From: Eledone cirrhosa
Taxonomy: Eukaryota
Direction of reading: 5' to 3'
Assembly: GCA_964016885.1 (NCBI GenBank)
Contig: OZ024744.1
Location: forward strand, 42,098,001-42,162,000
Length of the DNA: 64,000 bases
Shown: positions 34,401 to 52,400 of the stretch, piece after piece
Position numbering within the stretch: position 1 is the first letter of the stretch
Layout: each line of letters opens with the position of its first letter
Notes under the pieces: model-generated
Told to the model about the DNA's origin: nothing
The model's database searches: none
The model's input: only the letters and a program-made list of their open reading frames with translations
Position numbers and translations under genes: made by a program

Positions 34401-37400
34401 GTACCCAATATAGTATACCCTGTTACCTAATGTGATACAACTTGGTACCTAATGTAGTACAACCTGTGACCTAATGTGATACAACATGTTACCCAATATA
34501 GTACACCCTCTTACCTAATGTGATACACAACGGTATTCAATATAGTACACCCTGTTACCTAATTTGATACACCATGATACCTAATATTGTACACCCTGTC
34601 ACCTAATGTGATACACCTTGCTATGCAATTTAGTACACCTGTTACCTAATGTGATACAGCATGGTACCTAATATAGTACACCCTGTTACCTAATGTGATA
34701 CACCTTGGTACCCAATATAGTACACCTTGGTACCCAATATTGTACACCCGGTTACCTAATGTGATACACCATGGTACCCAATATATTACACCCTGTTCTC
34801 TAATGTTATACACCATGATACCCTATACAGTACACCCTGTTACCTAATGTGATACAACCTGATACCCAATATAGTACACCCTGTTAATTAATGTGATACA
34901 CCATGCTACCTAATATAGTACACCCTGTTACCTAATGTGATACACCTTGGTACCCAATATAGTACACCTTGGTACCCAATATTGTACACCCGGTTACCTA
35001 ATGTGATACACCATGGTACCCAATATATTACACCCTGTTCTGTAATGTTATACACCATGATACCCTATATAGTACACCCTGTTACCTAATGTGATACAAC
35101 CTGATACCCAATATAGTACACCTTGTTACTTAATGTGATACAACATGATACCTAACATAGTACACCCTGTTACCTAATGTGATACACCATGGTACCCAAT
35201 AAAGTACACCCTGTTACCTAATGTGATACAACATGGTACCTAATATAGTACACCCTGTTACCTGATGCGATACACCTTGGTACCCAATATAGTACACCCT
35301 GTTAGCTAATGTGATACAACCTGATACCCAATATAGTACACCCTGTTACTTAATGTGATACACCATGCTACCTAATATAGTACACCCTGTTACCTAATGT
35401 GATACAACATGATACCTAATATAGTACACCCTGTTACCTAATGTGATACACCATGGTACCCAATAAAGTACACCCTGTTACCTAATGTGATACAAAATGG
35501 TACCTAATATACTACATCCTGTTACCTGATGCGATACACCTTGGTACCCAATATAGTACACCCTGTTACCTGATGCGATACACCTTGGTACCCAATATAG
35601 TACAACCTGTGACATAATGTGATACACCATGGTACCCAATGTAGTACACCCTGTTACCTAATGTGATACAACAAGGTACCCAATATAGTACACCCTGTTA
35701 CCTAATGCGATACACCATGATACCTAATATAGTACGCCCTGTTACCTAATGTGATACACCTTGGTATGCAATTTAGTACACCTGTTACCTGATGTGATGC
35801 AACATGGTACCTAATATAGTACACCCTGTTACCTAATTTGATACACCATGTTACCTAATATAGTACACCCTGTTACCTAATGTGATACACCATGGTATCC
35901 AATATAGTACACCCTGTTACCTAATTTGATACACCATGTTACCTAATATAGTACACCATGTTACCTAATGCGATACACCATGATACCTAATACAGTACAC
36001 CCTGTTACCTAATATGATACACCTAGGTACCCAATATAGTACACCCTGTTACCTAATGTGATACACCTTGGTACCCAATATAGTACACCCTGTTACCTAA
36101 CGTGATACACCTTGGTATGCAATTTAGTACATCCTGTTACCTAATGTGATACACCTTGGTACCTAATATAGTACGCCCTGTTACCTACTGTGATACACTC
36201 TGATACCTAATATAGAACATCCTGTTACCTAATCTGATACAACTTTGTACCTAATGTAGTACACCCTGTTACCTAATATGATACACCATGATACCTAATA
36301 TAATACACCCTGTTACCTAATGTGATACACCTTGATACCTAATGTAGTACACCCTGTTACATAATGTGATACACCTTGGTACCTAATATAGAACACCCTC
36401 TTACCTAATGTGATACACCTTGGTACCCAATATATTACACCTGTTATCTAATGTGATACAACTTGGTACCCACTATAGTACACCCTGTTACCTAATGTGA
36501 TACACACTGATACCCAACATAGTACACCTTCTGACGTAATGTGATACACCATGATATCCAATATAGTACACGCTGTTACCTAAGTTGATACACCTTGGTA
36601 CCCACTATAGTACACCCTGTTACCTAATGTTATACACCATGGTACCTAATATAGAACACCATGGTACCTAATATAGTACACCCTGTTACCTAATGTGATA
36701 CAACATGGTACACAATATAGTACACCCTGTGAACTAATGTGGTACACCATGGTACATAATATAGTACACCCAGTTACCTAATGTGATACAACATGGTACC
36801 TAATATAGTACACCATGTTAACTAATGTGATACACCATGGTACATAATATATTACACCCTGTTACTTAATGGATACTCCATGATACCTAATATAGTACAC
36901 CCTGTTACCTAAAGTGAAACACCCTGTTACATAGTATGGTACAGCATATAAAACAACATGGTACCTAATATAGTACAACCTGTTGCCTATTGTCATACAG
37001 CATGGTACCCAATATAATACACCCTGTTACCTAATGTGATACACTTTGATACCTAATATAGAATATCCTTTTACCTAATGTGATACACCTTGGTACGCGA
37101 TATTGTATCATATTAGTACACCGTGTTACCTAATATGATACAACATGGTACCTAATATAGTCCACCCTGTTACCTAATATGATAAACAAGATACCAAATA
37201 TAGTACACCCTGTTACCTAATGTGATACACCATGGTACGTAATATAGTACACCCTGTTACCTAATGTTATACACCATGTTACCTAATATAGTACACCCTG
37301 TTACCTAATGTGATACACCATGTTACCTAATATAGTACACCCTGTTACCTAATGTGATACAACTTGGTACGCAATTTAGTACACCCCGTTACCTAATGTG

Positions 37401-40400
37401 ATACAACTTGGTACCTAATATACTACACCCTGTTACATAATGTGATACACCATGGTACGTAATATAGTACACCCTGTTCCCTAATGTGATACACCATGGT
37501 ACCCAATATAGTACACCCTGTTACCTAATGTGATACAACATGGTACCTAATATAGTACACCCTGTTACCTAATGTGATACACCATGATACCTAATATAGT
37601 ACACCTTGTTACCTAATGTGATACACCATGATACCTAATATAGTACACCCTGTTAGCTAATATGATACACCATGATACCTAATATAGTACACCGTGTTAC
37701 CTAATGTGATACATCATGTTACCTAATATAGTACACCCTGTGACCTAATGTGATACACCATGGTACCCAATATAGTACACCATGTTACCTAATATGATAC
37801 AACATGGTACCTAATATAGTACACCCTGTGACCTAATGTGATACACCTTGGTACGAAATCTAGTACACCCTGTGACCTAATGTGATACACCATGATACCT
37901 AATATAGTACACCATGTTACCTAATATGATACAACATGGTACCTAATATAGTACACCCTGTGACCTAATGTGATACAACTTGGTACGAAATCTAGTACAC
38001 CCTGTTACCTAATGTGATACACCATGATACCTAATTTAGTACACCCTGTTACCTAATGTGATACAACATGATACCTAATATAGTACACCCTGTTACTTAA
38101 TGTGATAAACCATCATACCTAATATAGTACACCCTGTTACCTAATGTGATACACCATGATACCTAATTTAGTACACCCTGTTACCTAATGTGATACAACA
38201 TGATACCTAATATAGTACACCCTGTTACTTAATGTGATAAACCATCATACCTAATATAGTACACCCTGTTACCAAATCTGATACACCATGGTACATAATA
38301 TAGAACACCATGGTACCTAATATAGTACACCCTGTTACCTTATTTGATAGAGCCTGGTACCCAATATAGTACACCCTGTTACCTAATGTGATACACTTTG
38401 ATACCTAATATAGAACATCCTGTTACCTAATGTCATACACCTTGGTACCCTATATAGTACACCATGTTACCTAATGTGATACACTATGATACTTAATATA
38501 GTACACCCTGTTAGCTAATGTGATACACCTTGGTACCTAATATAGTACACCCTTTTACATAATGTGATACACCATGGTATGTAATATAGTACACCCTGTT
38601 ACCTAATGTGATACACCTTGGTACGCAATGTAGTACACCCCTTTACCTAATATTATACAACTTGGTACCTAATATACTGCACCCTGTTACATAATGTGAT
38701 ACACCATGGTACCCAATATAGTACACCCTGTTACCGTATATGATACACCTTGGTAACCAATATAGTACACCATGTTACCTAATGTGATACACCTTGGTAC
38801 CCGATATAGTACACCCTGTTACCTAATGTGATACACCTTGGTACCCTATATAGTACACCCTGTTATCTAATGTGATACACCATTATACTTAATATAGTAC
38901 ATCCTGTTACCTAATGTGATACACCTTGGTACCTAATATAGTACACCCTGTTAACTAATGTGATACACCATGGTACATAATATATTACACCCTGTTACTT
39001 AATGGATAATCCATGATACCTAATATAGTACACCCTGTTACCTAATGTGATACAACATGATACCTAATATAGTACACCATTTTACCTAATATGATACAAT
39101 ATAGTACATAATATAAAACAACATGGTACCTAATATAGTACAACCTGTTGCCTATTGTGATACAGCATGGTACGCAATATAGTACACCCTGTTACCTAAT
39201 GTGATACACCATGACAGCTAATATAGTACACCCTGTTACCTAATGTGATACACTTTGATACCTAATATAGAATATCCTTTTACCTAATGTGATACACCTT
39301 GGTACCCAATATTGTATCATATTAGTACACCGTGTTACCTAATATGATACAACATGGTACCTAATATAGTACACCCTGTTACCTAATTTGATAAACACGA
39401 TACCCAATATAGTACACCCAGTTACGTAATGTGATACACCATGGTACGTAATATAGTACACCCTGTTACCTAATGTTATACACCATGTCATCTAATATAG
39501 TACACCCTGTTACCTAATGTGATACACCATGTTACCTAATATAGTACACCCTGTTACCTGATGTGATACACCTTGGTACGCAATTTAGTACACCCCGTTA
39601 CCTAACTTGATACAACTTGGCACCTAATATACTACACCCTGTTACATAATGTGATACACCATGGTACATAATATAGTACACCCTGTTCCATAATGTGATA
39701 CACCATTATACTTAATATAGTACACCCTGTTACCTAATGTGATACACCTTGGTACCTAATATAGTACATCTTGTTACCTAATGTGATACACCATGGTACA
39801 AAATATATTACACCCTGTTACTTAATGTGATACAACTTGGTACCCACTATAGTGCACCCTGTTACCTAATGTGTTACACCATGATACCCAACATATTACA
39901 CCCTGTGACCTAATGTGATACACTATGATACCCAATATAGTACACCCTGTTACCTAATGTGATACACCTTGGTACCTAATATAGTACACCCTGTTACCTA
40001 ATCTGATACACCTTGGTACCCAATATAGTACACCCTGTTAGCTAATGTGATACACCTTGGTACCCAATATAGTACACCCTGTTACCTAATGTGATACACC
40101 TTGGTACCCTATATAGTACACCCTGTTAACTAATGTGATACACCATGATACTTAATATAGTACACCCTGTTACTTAATGTGATACACCTTGGTACCTTAT
40201 ATAGTGCACCCTGTTACCTAATGTGATACACCTTGGTATCTAATATAGTACACCCTGTTACCTAATGTGATATACCTTGGTACCCAATATACTACACCCT
40301 GTTACCTAATGTGATACAACATGGTACCTAATATAGTACACCCTGTTACCTAATGTGATACACGATGGTACCTAATATAGTACACCCTGTTACCTAAATT

Positions 40401-43400
40401 GATATACCTTGGTACCCACTATAGTAAACCCTGTTACCTAATGTGATACACCATGGTACCTACTATAGTACAGCCTTTTAACTAATATGATACAACATGT
40501 TATCCAATATAGTACACCCTGTTACCTAATGTGATACAACATGGTATCCAATATAGTACACCCTGTTACCTAATGTGATACACCTTGGTACCCAATATAG
40601 TACACCCTGTTACCTAATGTGATACACCATGGTACCTAATATAGTACACCCTGTTACCTAATGTGATACACCACGATACCTAATATAGTACACCATGTTA
40701 CCTAATGTGATACACCATGATACCTAATATAGTACACCCTGTTACCTAATGTGATACACCATGATACCTAATATAGTACACCCTGTTACCTAATGTTATA
40801 CACCATATTACCTAATATAGTACACCCTGTTACCTAATGTGATATGACATGTTACCCAATACAGTACACCCTGTGAACTAATGTGGTACACCATGGTACA
40901 TAATATAGTACACCCTGTTACCTAATGTGATACACCATGGTACCCAATATAGTTCACCCTGTTACTTAATGTGATACACCATGATACCTAATATAGTACA
41001 CCCTGTTACCTAATGTGATACAACATGATACCTAATATAGTACACCCTGTTACTTAATGTGTTAAACCATGACAGCTAATATAGTACACCCTGTTACCTA
41101 ATGTGATACACCATGGTACATAATATAGAATACCATGGTACATAATATAGTACACCCTGTTACCTTATTTGATACAGCATGGTACCCAATATAGTACACC
41201 CTGTTACCTAATGTGATACAACTTGGTAACCAATATAGTACACCTTGATACCTGATGTGATACGCAATGGTACCCAATATAGTACACCCTGTTACCTAAT
41301 GTGATACACCATGTTAGCTAATATTGTATACCATGTTACCTAATGTGATACACCATGGTACCCAATATAGTACACCCTGTTACCTAATGTGATACAACTT
41401 TGTACCTAATATACTACACCCTGTTACCTAATGTGATACAACAAGGTACTAATATAATACGTCCTGTTACCTAATGTGATACACCATGGTACCCTATATA
41501 GTACACCCTGTTACCTAATGTGATACACCACGGTACCCAATATAGTACACCCTGTTACCTAATGTGATACATCGTGATACCTATTAGAGTACACCATGTT
41601 ACTTAATGTGATACACCATGATACCTAATATAGTACACCCTGTTACCTAATGTCATACAACATAATACCTAATATAGTACACCCTGTGACCTAATGTGAT
41701 ACACCATGAAAGCCAATATAGTACACCATGTTACCTAATATAGTACACCCTTTTACCTAATGCGATACAACATGCTACCTAATACAGTACACCCTCTTAC
41801 CTAATGTGATACACCATGATACCTAATATAATACAACCAGTTACCTAATCTGATACATCATGATACCCAATATAATGCAACCTGTAACCTAATGTGATAC
41901 ACCATGATTGCTAATATAGTACACCCTGTTACCTAATGTGATAGAACATGATACCTAATATAGTACATCCTGTTAGCTTATGTGATACACCATGATACCT
42001 AATAGAGTACACATTGTTACCGAATGTGATACACCGTGGTACATTATATAGAACACCATGGTACCTAATATAGTACACCCTGTTACCTAATGTGATACAC
42101 CATGGTACATAATATAGTACACCCTGTTACCTAATGTGATACACCATGATACCTAATATAGTACACCCTGTTACCTAATGTGATACACCATGGTACATAA
42201 TATAGAACACCATGATACCTAATATAGTACACCTTGTTACCTAAAGTGATACAACATGGTACCCAATATAGTACACCATGTTACCTAATGTGATACACCA
42301 TGGTACCTTATATAGTACACTCTGTTACCTAATGTGATACAAAATGATACCTAATATAGTACACACTGTTACCTAATGTGATACAACATGATACCTACTA
42401 TAGTACACCATGTTACTTAATGTGATACACCATGTTACCTAATATAGTATATCGTGTTACCTAATGTGATATACCATGGTACCCAATATACTACACTCTG
42501 TTACCTAATGTGATACACTCTGATACCTAATATAGAACATCCTGTTACCTAATTTGATACAACTACGTACCTAATATAGTACACTCTGTTACCTACTGTG
42601 ATACACCATGATACCCAATATACTACACCCTGTTACCTAATGTGATACAAATGGTACCTAATATATTACACCCTTTTACCTAATTTGATACACAATGGTA
42701 CCTAATATAGTACAATCTGTTACCTTATGTGATACCCCATGGTACCCTATATAGTTCACCCTGTTACCTAATGTGATACAACTTGGTACCCTATAGAGTA
42801 CACACTGTTACCTAATGAGATATAGCATGGTACCCAATATAGTACACTGTGTTACCTAATTTGATACACCTTGCTACGCAATATAGTACACCCTGTTACC
42901 TAATGTGATACAACATGGTAACTAATATAGTACACCCTGTTATCTAATGAGATACACCTTGTTACCCAATATACTACAACCTGTTACCTAGTGTGATACA
43001 ACTTGGTGCCCAATATAGTACCCCATGTTACCTAATGTGATACAGCTTGTTACCCAATATAGTACACCCTGTTAACTAATGTGATACACCATGATACCTA
43101 ATATAGTAAACCCTGTTATCGAATGTGATACATCATGATACATAATATAGTACACCCTGTTACCTAACGTGATACACCTTGGTACCCAATATAGTACACC
43201 CTGTTAGCTAAGCTTGTACAACATGATATCCAATACAGAACAACCTGTTACCTAATGTGATACACCTGATATCTAATATGGTACACCATGGTACCCAATA
43301 GAGTACACCGTGTTACCTAATATGATACAACATGATACCTAATATAGTAAAGCCTGTTACCTAATGTGATACACCATGATACTCAATATAGTACACCCTG

Positions 43401-46400
43401 TTACTTAATGTGATACAACATGGTATCCAATTTAATACACCCTGTTACCTAATGTGATACACCATGGTACATAATAGAGTACACCCTGTTATTTAACGTG
43501 ATACACCATGATACCTAATATAGAACACCATGTTACCTAATGTGATACAACTTGATACCTTATATAGAACATCATGTTACCTAATGTGATACACCTTGGC
43601 ATCCAATACAGTACATCTTGTTACCTAATGTGATACACTTGGTACACAATTTAGTACACCCTGTTACCTAATATGATACAACATGGTACCTAATATAGTA
43701 CACACTGTTACATAATATGATACAACAAGGTACCCAATATAGTACACTCTGTTACCTAATGTGATACACCATGTTACCTAATATAGTACACTCTGTTACC
43801 TAATGTGATACACCTTGGTACGCAATTTAGTACACCCTGTTACCTAATGTGATACAACTTGGTACCCTATATAGTACACCCTGTTGCATAATGTGATAAA
43901 CCGTGGTACCTAATATAGTACACCCTGTTACCTAATGTAATACACCTTGCTACCCTATATAGTATACCCTGATAGCTAATGTGATACACCATGATACTTA
44001 ACATAGTACAGCCTGTTACCTAATGTGATACACCTTGGTACCCAATATAGTACACCCTGTTACCTAATGTGATACACATTGGTAACCAATAGAGTACACC
44101 CTGTTATCTAACGTGATACACCTTGGTACCTAATATAGTACACCCTGTTAGCTGATGTGATACAAATGGTACCTAATATAGTACACCCTGTTACCTAATG
44201 TGATACACCATGATACCTAACATAGTACATCATGTTACCTAATGTGATACACATTGGTACCCAATATAGTACACCCTGTTATCAAATTTGATACAACTTG
44301 GTACCCACTATAGTACAACCTGTGACCTAATGTGATACACCATGATACCCAACATAGTACACCCTGTTACTTAATTTGATACACCTGGTACCCACTATAG
44401 TTCACCCGGTTACCTAATGTGATACACCATGGTACCTAATATAGTACACCCTTTTACCTAATGTGATACAACATCGTATCCAATATAGTTAACCCTGTTA
44501 CCTAATGTGATACACCTTGGTACCCACTATAGTTCACCCTTTTACCTAATGTGATACAACATCGTATCCAATATAGTACACCCTGTTACCTAATGTGATA
44601 CAACATTGTATCCAATGTAATACACCCTGTTACCTAATGCGATACAACATTGTGTCCAATATAATACACCCTGTTACCTAATGTGATACACCATGATACA
44701 CAATATAGTACACCCTGTTACCTAATGTGATACACCATGGTACCCAATATAGTACACCCTGTTACTTAATTTGATACACCTTGGTACCCATTATAGTTCA
44801 CCCGGTTACCTAATGTGATACACCATGGTACCTAATATAGTACACCCTTTTACCTAATGCGATACAACATGCTACCTAATACAGTACACCTTGTTACCTA
44901 ATGTGATATATGATACCTAATATAATACAACCTGTTACCTAATCTGATACAACATGATACCCAATATAATGCAACCTGTAACCTAATGTGATACACCATG
45001 GTACCCAATATAGTACACCCTGTTACCTAATGTGATACACCTTGGTACACAATATAGTACACCCTGTTACCTAATGTGATACACCTTGGTACCTATATAG
45101 TACACCCTGTTATCTAATATGATACAACATGGTACCCTATATAGTACAACCTCTTACCTAATGTGATACACCATGGTACCCTATATAGTACACACTGTTA
45201 TCTAATATGGTACAACATGGTACCCAATATAGTACACCCTGTTACCTAATGTCATACAACATGTTACCTAATAGAGTATACCCTGTTACCTAATGTGATA
45301 CACCATGATACCTAATATAGTACACCCTGTGACCTAATGTGATATAGCAAGGTACCCAATATAGTACACCGTGTTACCTAATGTGATACACCTTGCTACC
45401 CAACATAGTACACCCTGTTACCTATTGTGATACAACATGGTACCTAATATAGTACACCCTGTTTCCTAAAGTGATACAACTTTCTGCCCAATATAGTACA
45501 CCCTGATACCTAATATGATACACCTTGGTACCCAATATAGTACACCCTGTTGCCTAATGTGATACAACTTTGTGCCCATTATAGTACAACATGTTAACTA
45601 ATGTGATAACCTTGTTACACAATATAGAACACCATGTTACCTACTGTGATGCAACATAGTATCCAATATAGTACACCCAGTTGCATAATTTGATACACCA
45701 TGGTATCTAATATAGTACACCCTATTACCTTATGTGATACACCTTGGTACCCTATATAGTACACCCTGTTACCTAATGTGATACACAATGGTACCTAATA
45801 TAGTACACCCTGTGACCTAATGTGATATAGCATGGTACCCAATATATTACACTGTGTTACCTAATGTGATACACCTTGGTACCCAATATAGTACACCCTG
45901 TTACCTGATGTGATAAAACATGATACATATTATAGTAAAACCCGTGACCTAATGTGATACACCTTGGTACCCAATATAGTACACCCTGTTACCTAATTTG
46001 ATACACAATGTTACCTAATATAGTACACCCTGTTACCTAATGTGATACACCTTGGTACCTAATATAGTACACCCTGTTACCTAATGTGATACAACATGGT
46101 ATCCAATATGGTACATTCTGTTATCTAATTTGATACACCATGATACCCAATATAGTACACCCCGTTACCTAATGTGTTACACCATGGTATCCAATATAGT
46201 ACACCCTGTTACCTAATGTGATACACCTTGGTACCCAATATAGTACAACCTGTTATCGAATGTGATACATCATGATACCTAATATAGTACACCCTGTTAC
46301 CTAGCGTGAGACAGCTTGGTACCCAACATAGTACACACTGTTACCTAAGCTTGTACAACATGATATCCAATATAGTACACCCAGTTACCTGATGTGATAC

Positions 46401-49400
46401 ACCTTGGTACCCAATATAGTACACCCTGTTACCTAATGTGATACACCATGATACCTAACATAGTACACTCTGTTACCAAATGTGATACACCATGATACCT
46501 AATATAGTACACCCTGTTACCTAATCTGATACAATATGATACATAATGTAGTACATCCTGTTACCTAATGTGATACACCTTGTTACCTAATGTGATACAC
46601 CTTGGTACCCAATATAGTACACCCTGTTACATAATGTGATACACCTTGGTATCCAATATAGTACACCCTGTTACCTAATATGATACAACATGATACCCAA
46701 TATAGTACACCCTGTTACCTAATGTGATACAACATGATACCTAATACAGAACACCCTGTTACCTAATATGATACAACATGATACCCAATATAGTACACCC
46801 TGTTACCTAATGTGATACACCATGATAACCAATATAGTACACCCTGTTAACTAATGTGATACAACATGGTATCCAATATATTACACCCTGTTACCTAAGG
46901 TTGTACAACATCGTATCCAATATAGTACACCCTGTTACGTAATGTGATACACCATGATAACCAATATAGTACACCCTGTTATCTAATGTGATACACCTTG
47001 GTACCCAATATAATACACCCTGTTACCTAATGTGATACACCATGACACCTAATATAGTACACCTTTTTACCTAATCTGATACAATATGATACATAATGTA
47101 GTACACCCTGTTACCTAATGTGATACACCTTGTTACCTAATGTGATACACCTTGGTACCCAATATAGTACACCCTGTGACGTAATGTGATACACCTTGGT
47201 ATCCAATATAGTACACCCTGTTACCTAATGTGATACACCATGTTACCTAATATAGTACACCCTGTTACCTGATGTGATACACCTTGGTACCCAATATAGT
47301 ACACCCTGTTACCTAATGTGATACACCATGTTACCTAATGTGATACACCATAGTACCCAATATAGTACACCCTGTTACCTAATGTGATACACCATGATAC
47401 CCAATATAGTACACCAGGTTACCTAAGTTGTACAACATGGTATCCAATATAGTACACCCTGTTACCTAATGTGATACACCATGATACCTAATATAGTACA
47501 CAATGTTACACCCTGTTACCTAATGTGATACAACATGGTACCCAATATAGTACACCGTGTTACCTAATGTGATACAACATGGTACCCAATATAGTACCCC
47601 TGTTACCTAATGTGATACACCATGATACCTAATATAGAACACCCTGTTAACTAATATGATACAACATGATACGCAACATAGTACACCCTGTTACCTAATG
47701 TGATACAATATGATACCTAATATAGAACACCCTGTTACCTAATATGATATAACATGATACCCAATATAGTACACCCTGTTACCTAATGTGATACACCATG
47801 ATAACCAATATAGTACACCTTGTTAACTAATGTGATACAACATGGTATCCAAAATATTACACCCTGTTACCTAATGTGATACACCTTGGTACCTATATAG
47901 TACACCCTGTTATCTAATATGATACATGGTACCCTATATAGTACAACCTCTTACCTAATGTGATACACTATGGTACCCTATATAGTACACACTGTTATCT
48001 AATATGGTACAACATGGTACCCAATATAGTACACCCTGTTACCTAATGTGATACAACATGTTACCTAATATAGTATACCCTGTTACCTAATGTGATACAC
48101 CATGATACCTAATATAGTACACCCTGTGACCTAATGTGATATAGCAAGGTACCCAATATAGTACACCGTGTTACCTAATGTGATACACCTTGCTACCCAA
48201 TATAGTACAACCTGTTACCTAATGTGATACAACATGGTACCTAATATAGTACACCCTGTTTCCTAAAGTGATACAACTTTCTGCCCAATATAGTACACCC
48301 TGATACCTAATATGATACACCTTGGTACCCAATATAGTACACCCTGTTGCCTAATGTGATACAACTTTGTGCCCATTATAGTACAACATGTTAAATAATG
48401 TGATAAGCTTGTTACACAATATAGAACACCATGTTACCTACTGTGGTGCAACATAGTATCCAATATAGTACACCCAGTTACATAATTTGATACACCATGG
48501 TATCTAATATAGTACACCCTATTACCTTATGTGATACACCTTGGTACCCTATATAGTACACCATGTTACCTAATGTGATACACAATGGTACCTAATATAG
48601 TACACCCTGTGACCTAATGTGATATAGCATGGTATCCAATATATTACACTGTGTTACCTAATGTGATACACCTTGGTACCCAATATAGTACACCATGTTA
48701 CCTAATGTGATACACAATGGTACCTAATATAGTACACCCTGTGACCTAATGTGATATAGCATGGTACCCAATATATTACACTGTGTTACCTAATGTGATA
48801 CACCTTGGTACCCAATATAGTACACCCTGTTACCTGATGTGATACACCATGATACCTAATATAGTACACAATGGTACACCCTGTTACCTAATGTGATACA
48901 ACATGGTACCCAATATAGTACACCGTGTTACCTAATGTGATACAACATGGTACCTAATATAGTACCCCTGTTACCTAATGTGATACACCATGATACCTAA
49001 TATAGAACACCCTGTTACCTAATATGATACAACATGATACGCAATATAGTACACCCTGTTACCTAATGTGATACAACATGATACCTAATATAGAACACCA
49101 TGTTACCTAATATGATACAACATGATACCCAATATAGTACACCCTGTTACCTAATGTGATACACCATGATAACCAATATAGTACACCCTGTTAACTAATG
49201 TGATACAACATGGTATCCAATATATTACACCCTGTTACCTAAAGTTGTACAACATCGTATCCAATATAGTACACCCTGTTACGTAATGTGATACACCATG
49301 ATAACCAATATAGTACACCCTGTTACCTAATGTGATACACCTTGGTACCCAATATAATACACCCTGTTACCTAATGTGATACAAATTGTCACCTAATATA

Positions 49401-52400
49401 GTACACCCTGTTACCTAATGTGATACACCATGTTACCTAATATAGTAACCCTGTTAACTAATGTGATACACAATGATACCTAATATAGTACACCATGATA
49501 CCTAAAATAGTACACCCTGTTAGCTAATGTGATACACCATGGTATCTAATATAGTACAACCTATGACCTAATGTGATACACCATGGTACCTAATATAGTA
49601 CACCCTGTTACCTAATGTGATACACCTTGGTACATAATATAGTACACCCTGTTACCTAATGTGATACACCATGATACCTAATATAGTACATCATGTTACC
49701 TAATGTGATACACATTGGTACCCAATATAGTACACCCTGTTATCAAATTTGATACAACTTGGTACCCACTATAGTACAACCTGTGACCTAATGTGATACA
49801 CCATGATAGCCAACATAGTACACCCTGTTACTTAATTTGATACACCTTGGTACCCACTATAGTTCACCCGGTTACCTAATGTGATACACCATGGTACCTA
49901 ATATAGTACACCCTTTTACCTAATGTGATACAACATCATATCCAGTATAGTACACCCTGTTACCTAATGTGATACAACATGGTACCCAATATAGTACACG
50001 CTGTTACTTAATGTGATACCCAATATAGTAAACCCTGTTACCTAATGTGATACACCATGGTACCTAATATAGTACACCCTTTTACCTAATGCGATACAAC
50101 ATGCTACCTAATACAGTACACGTTGTTACCTAATGTGATACATGATACCTAATATAATACAACCTGTTACCTAATCTGATACAACATGATACCCAATATA
50201 ATGCAACCTGTAACCTAATGTGATACACCATGGTACCCAATATAGTACACCCTGTTACCTAATGTGATACACCTTGGTACACAATATAGTACACCCTGTT
50301 ACCTAATGTGATACACCTTGGTACCTATATAGTACACCCTGTTATCTAATATGGTACAACATGGTACCCAATATAGTACACCCTGTTACCTAATGTCATA
50401 CAACATGTTACCTAATATAGTATACCCTGTTACCTAATGTGATACACCATGATACCTAATATAGTACACCCTTTTACCTAATGTGATAGAACATGATACC
50501 TAATATAGTACATCCTGTTAGCTTATGTGATACACCATGATACCTAATAGAGTACACATTGTTACCGAATGTGATACACCGTGGTACATAATATAGAACA
50601 CCATGGTACCTAATATAGTACACCCTGTTACCTAATGTGATACACCATGGTACATAATATATTACACCCTGTTACCTAATGTGATACACCATGATACCTA
50701 ATATAGTACACCCTGTTACTTAATGTGATACACCATGGTACATAATATAGAACACCATGATACCTAATATAGTACACCTTGTTACCTAATGTGATACAAC
50801 ATGGTACCCAATATAGTACACCATGTTACCTAATGTGATACACCATGGTACCTTATATAGTACACTCTGTTACCTAATGTGATACAAAATGATACCTAAT
50901 ATAGTACACACTGTTAGCTAATGTGATACAACATGATACCTAATATAGTACACCATGTTACTTAATGTGATACACCATGTTACCTAATATAGTACATCGT
51001 GTTACCTAATGTGATATACCATGGTACCCAATATACTACACTCTGTTACCTAATGTGATACACTCTGATACCTAATATAGAACATCCTGTTACCTAATTT
51101 GATACAGCTACGTACCTAATATAGTACACCCTGTTACCTGATGTGTTACAGCTTGATACCCAATATAGTACACCCTGTTACCTAATGTGATACACATTGG
51201 TAACCAATATAGTACACCCTGTTGTCTAATGTGATACAACTTGGTACCCAATATAGTACCCCCTGTTACCTAATGTAATACACCTTGGTACCCTATATAG
51301 TATAAACTGTTACCTAATGTGATACACCATGATACTTGACATAGTACACCCTGTTACCTAATGTGATACACCTTGGTACCCAATATACTACATCATGTTA
51401 TCTAACGTGATACAAGTTGGTACCTAATATACTACACCCTGTTACCTAATGTGATACAAATGTTACCTAATATAGTACAATCTGTTACCTTATGTGATAC
51501 CCCATGGTACCCTATATAGTTCACCCTGTTACCTATTGTGATACAACTTGGTACCCTATATAGTACACACTGTTACCTAATTTGATACACCTTGCTACGC
51601 AATATACTACAACCTGTTACCTAATGTGATACAACTTGGTGCCCAATATAGTACACCATGTTACCTAATATGATACAGCTTGTTACCCAATATAGTACAC
51701 CCTGTTAACTAATGTGATACACCATGATACCTAATATAGTACACCCTGTTATCGAATGTGATACATCATGATACATAATATAGTACACCCTGTTACCTAA
51801 CGTGATACACCTTGGTACCCAATATAGTACACCCTGTTAGCTAAGCTTGTACAACATGATATCCAATACAGAACAACCTGTTACCTAATGTGATACACCT
51901 GATATCTAATATGGTACACCATGGTACCCAATAGAGTACACCGTGTTACCTAATATGATACAACATGATACCTAATATAGTAAAGCCTGTTACCTAATGT
52001 GATACACCATGATACTCAATATAGTACACCCTGTTACTTAATGTGATACAACATGGTATCCAATTTAATACACCCTGTTACCTAATGTGATACACCATGG
52101 TACATAATAGAGTACACCCTGTTATTTAACGTGATACACCATGATACCTAATATAGAACACCATGTTACCTAATGTGATACAACTTGATACCTTATATAG
52201 AACATCATGTTACCTAATGTGATACACCTTGGCATCCAATACAGTACATCTTGTTACCTAATGTGATACACTTGGTACACAATTTAGTACACCCTGTTAC
52301 CTAATATGATACAACATTTTACCTAATATAGTACACACTGTTACATAATATGATACAACATGGTACCCAATATAGTACACTCTGTTACCTAATGTGATAC

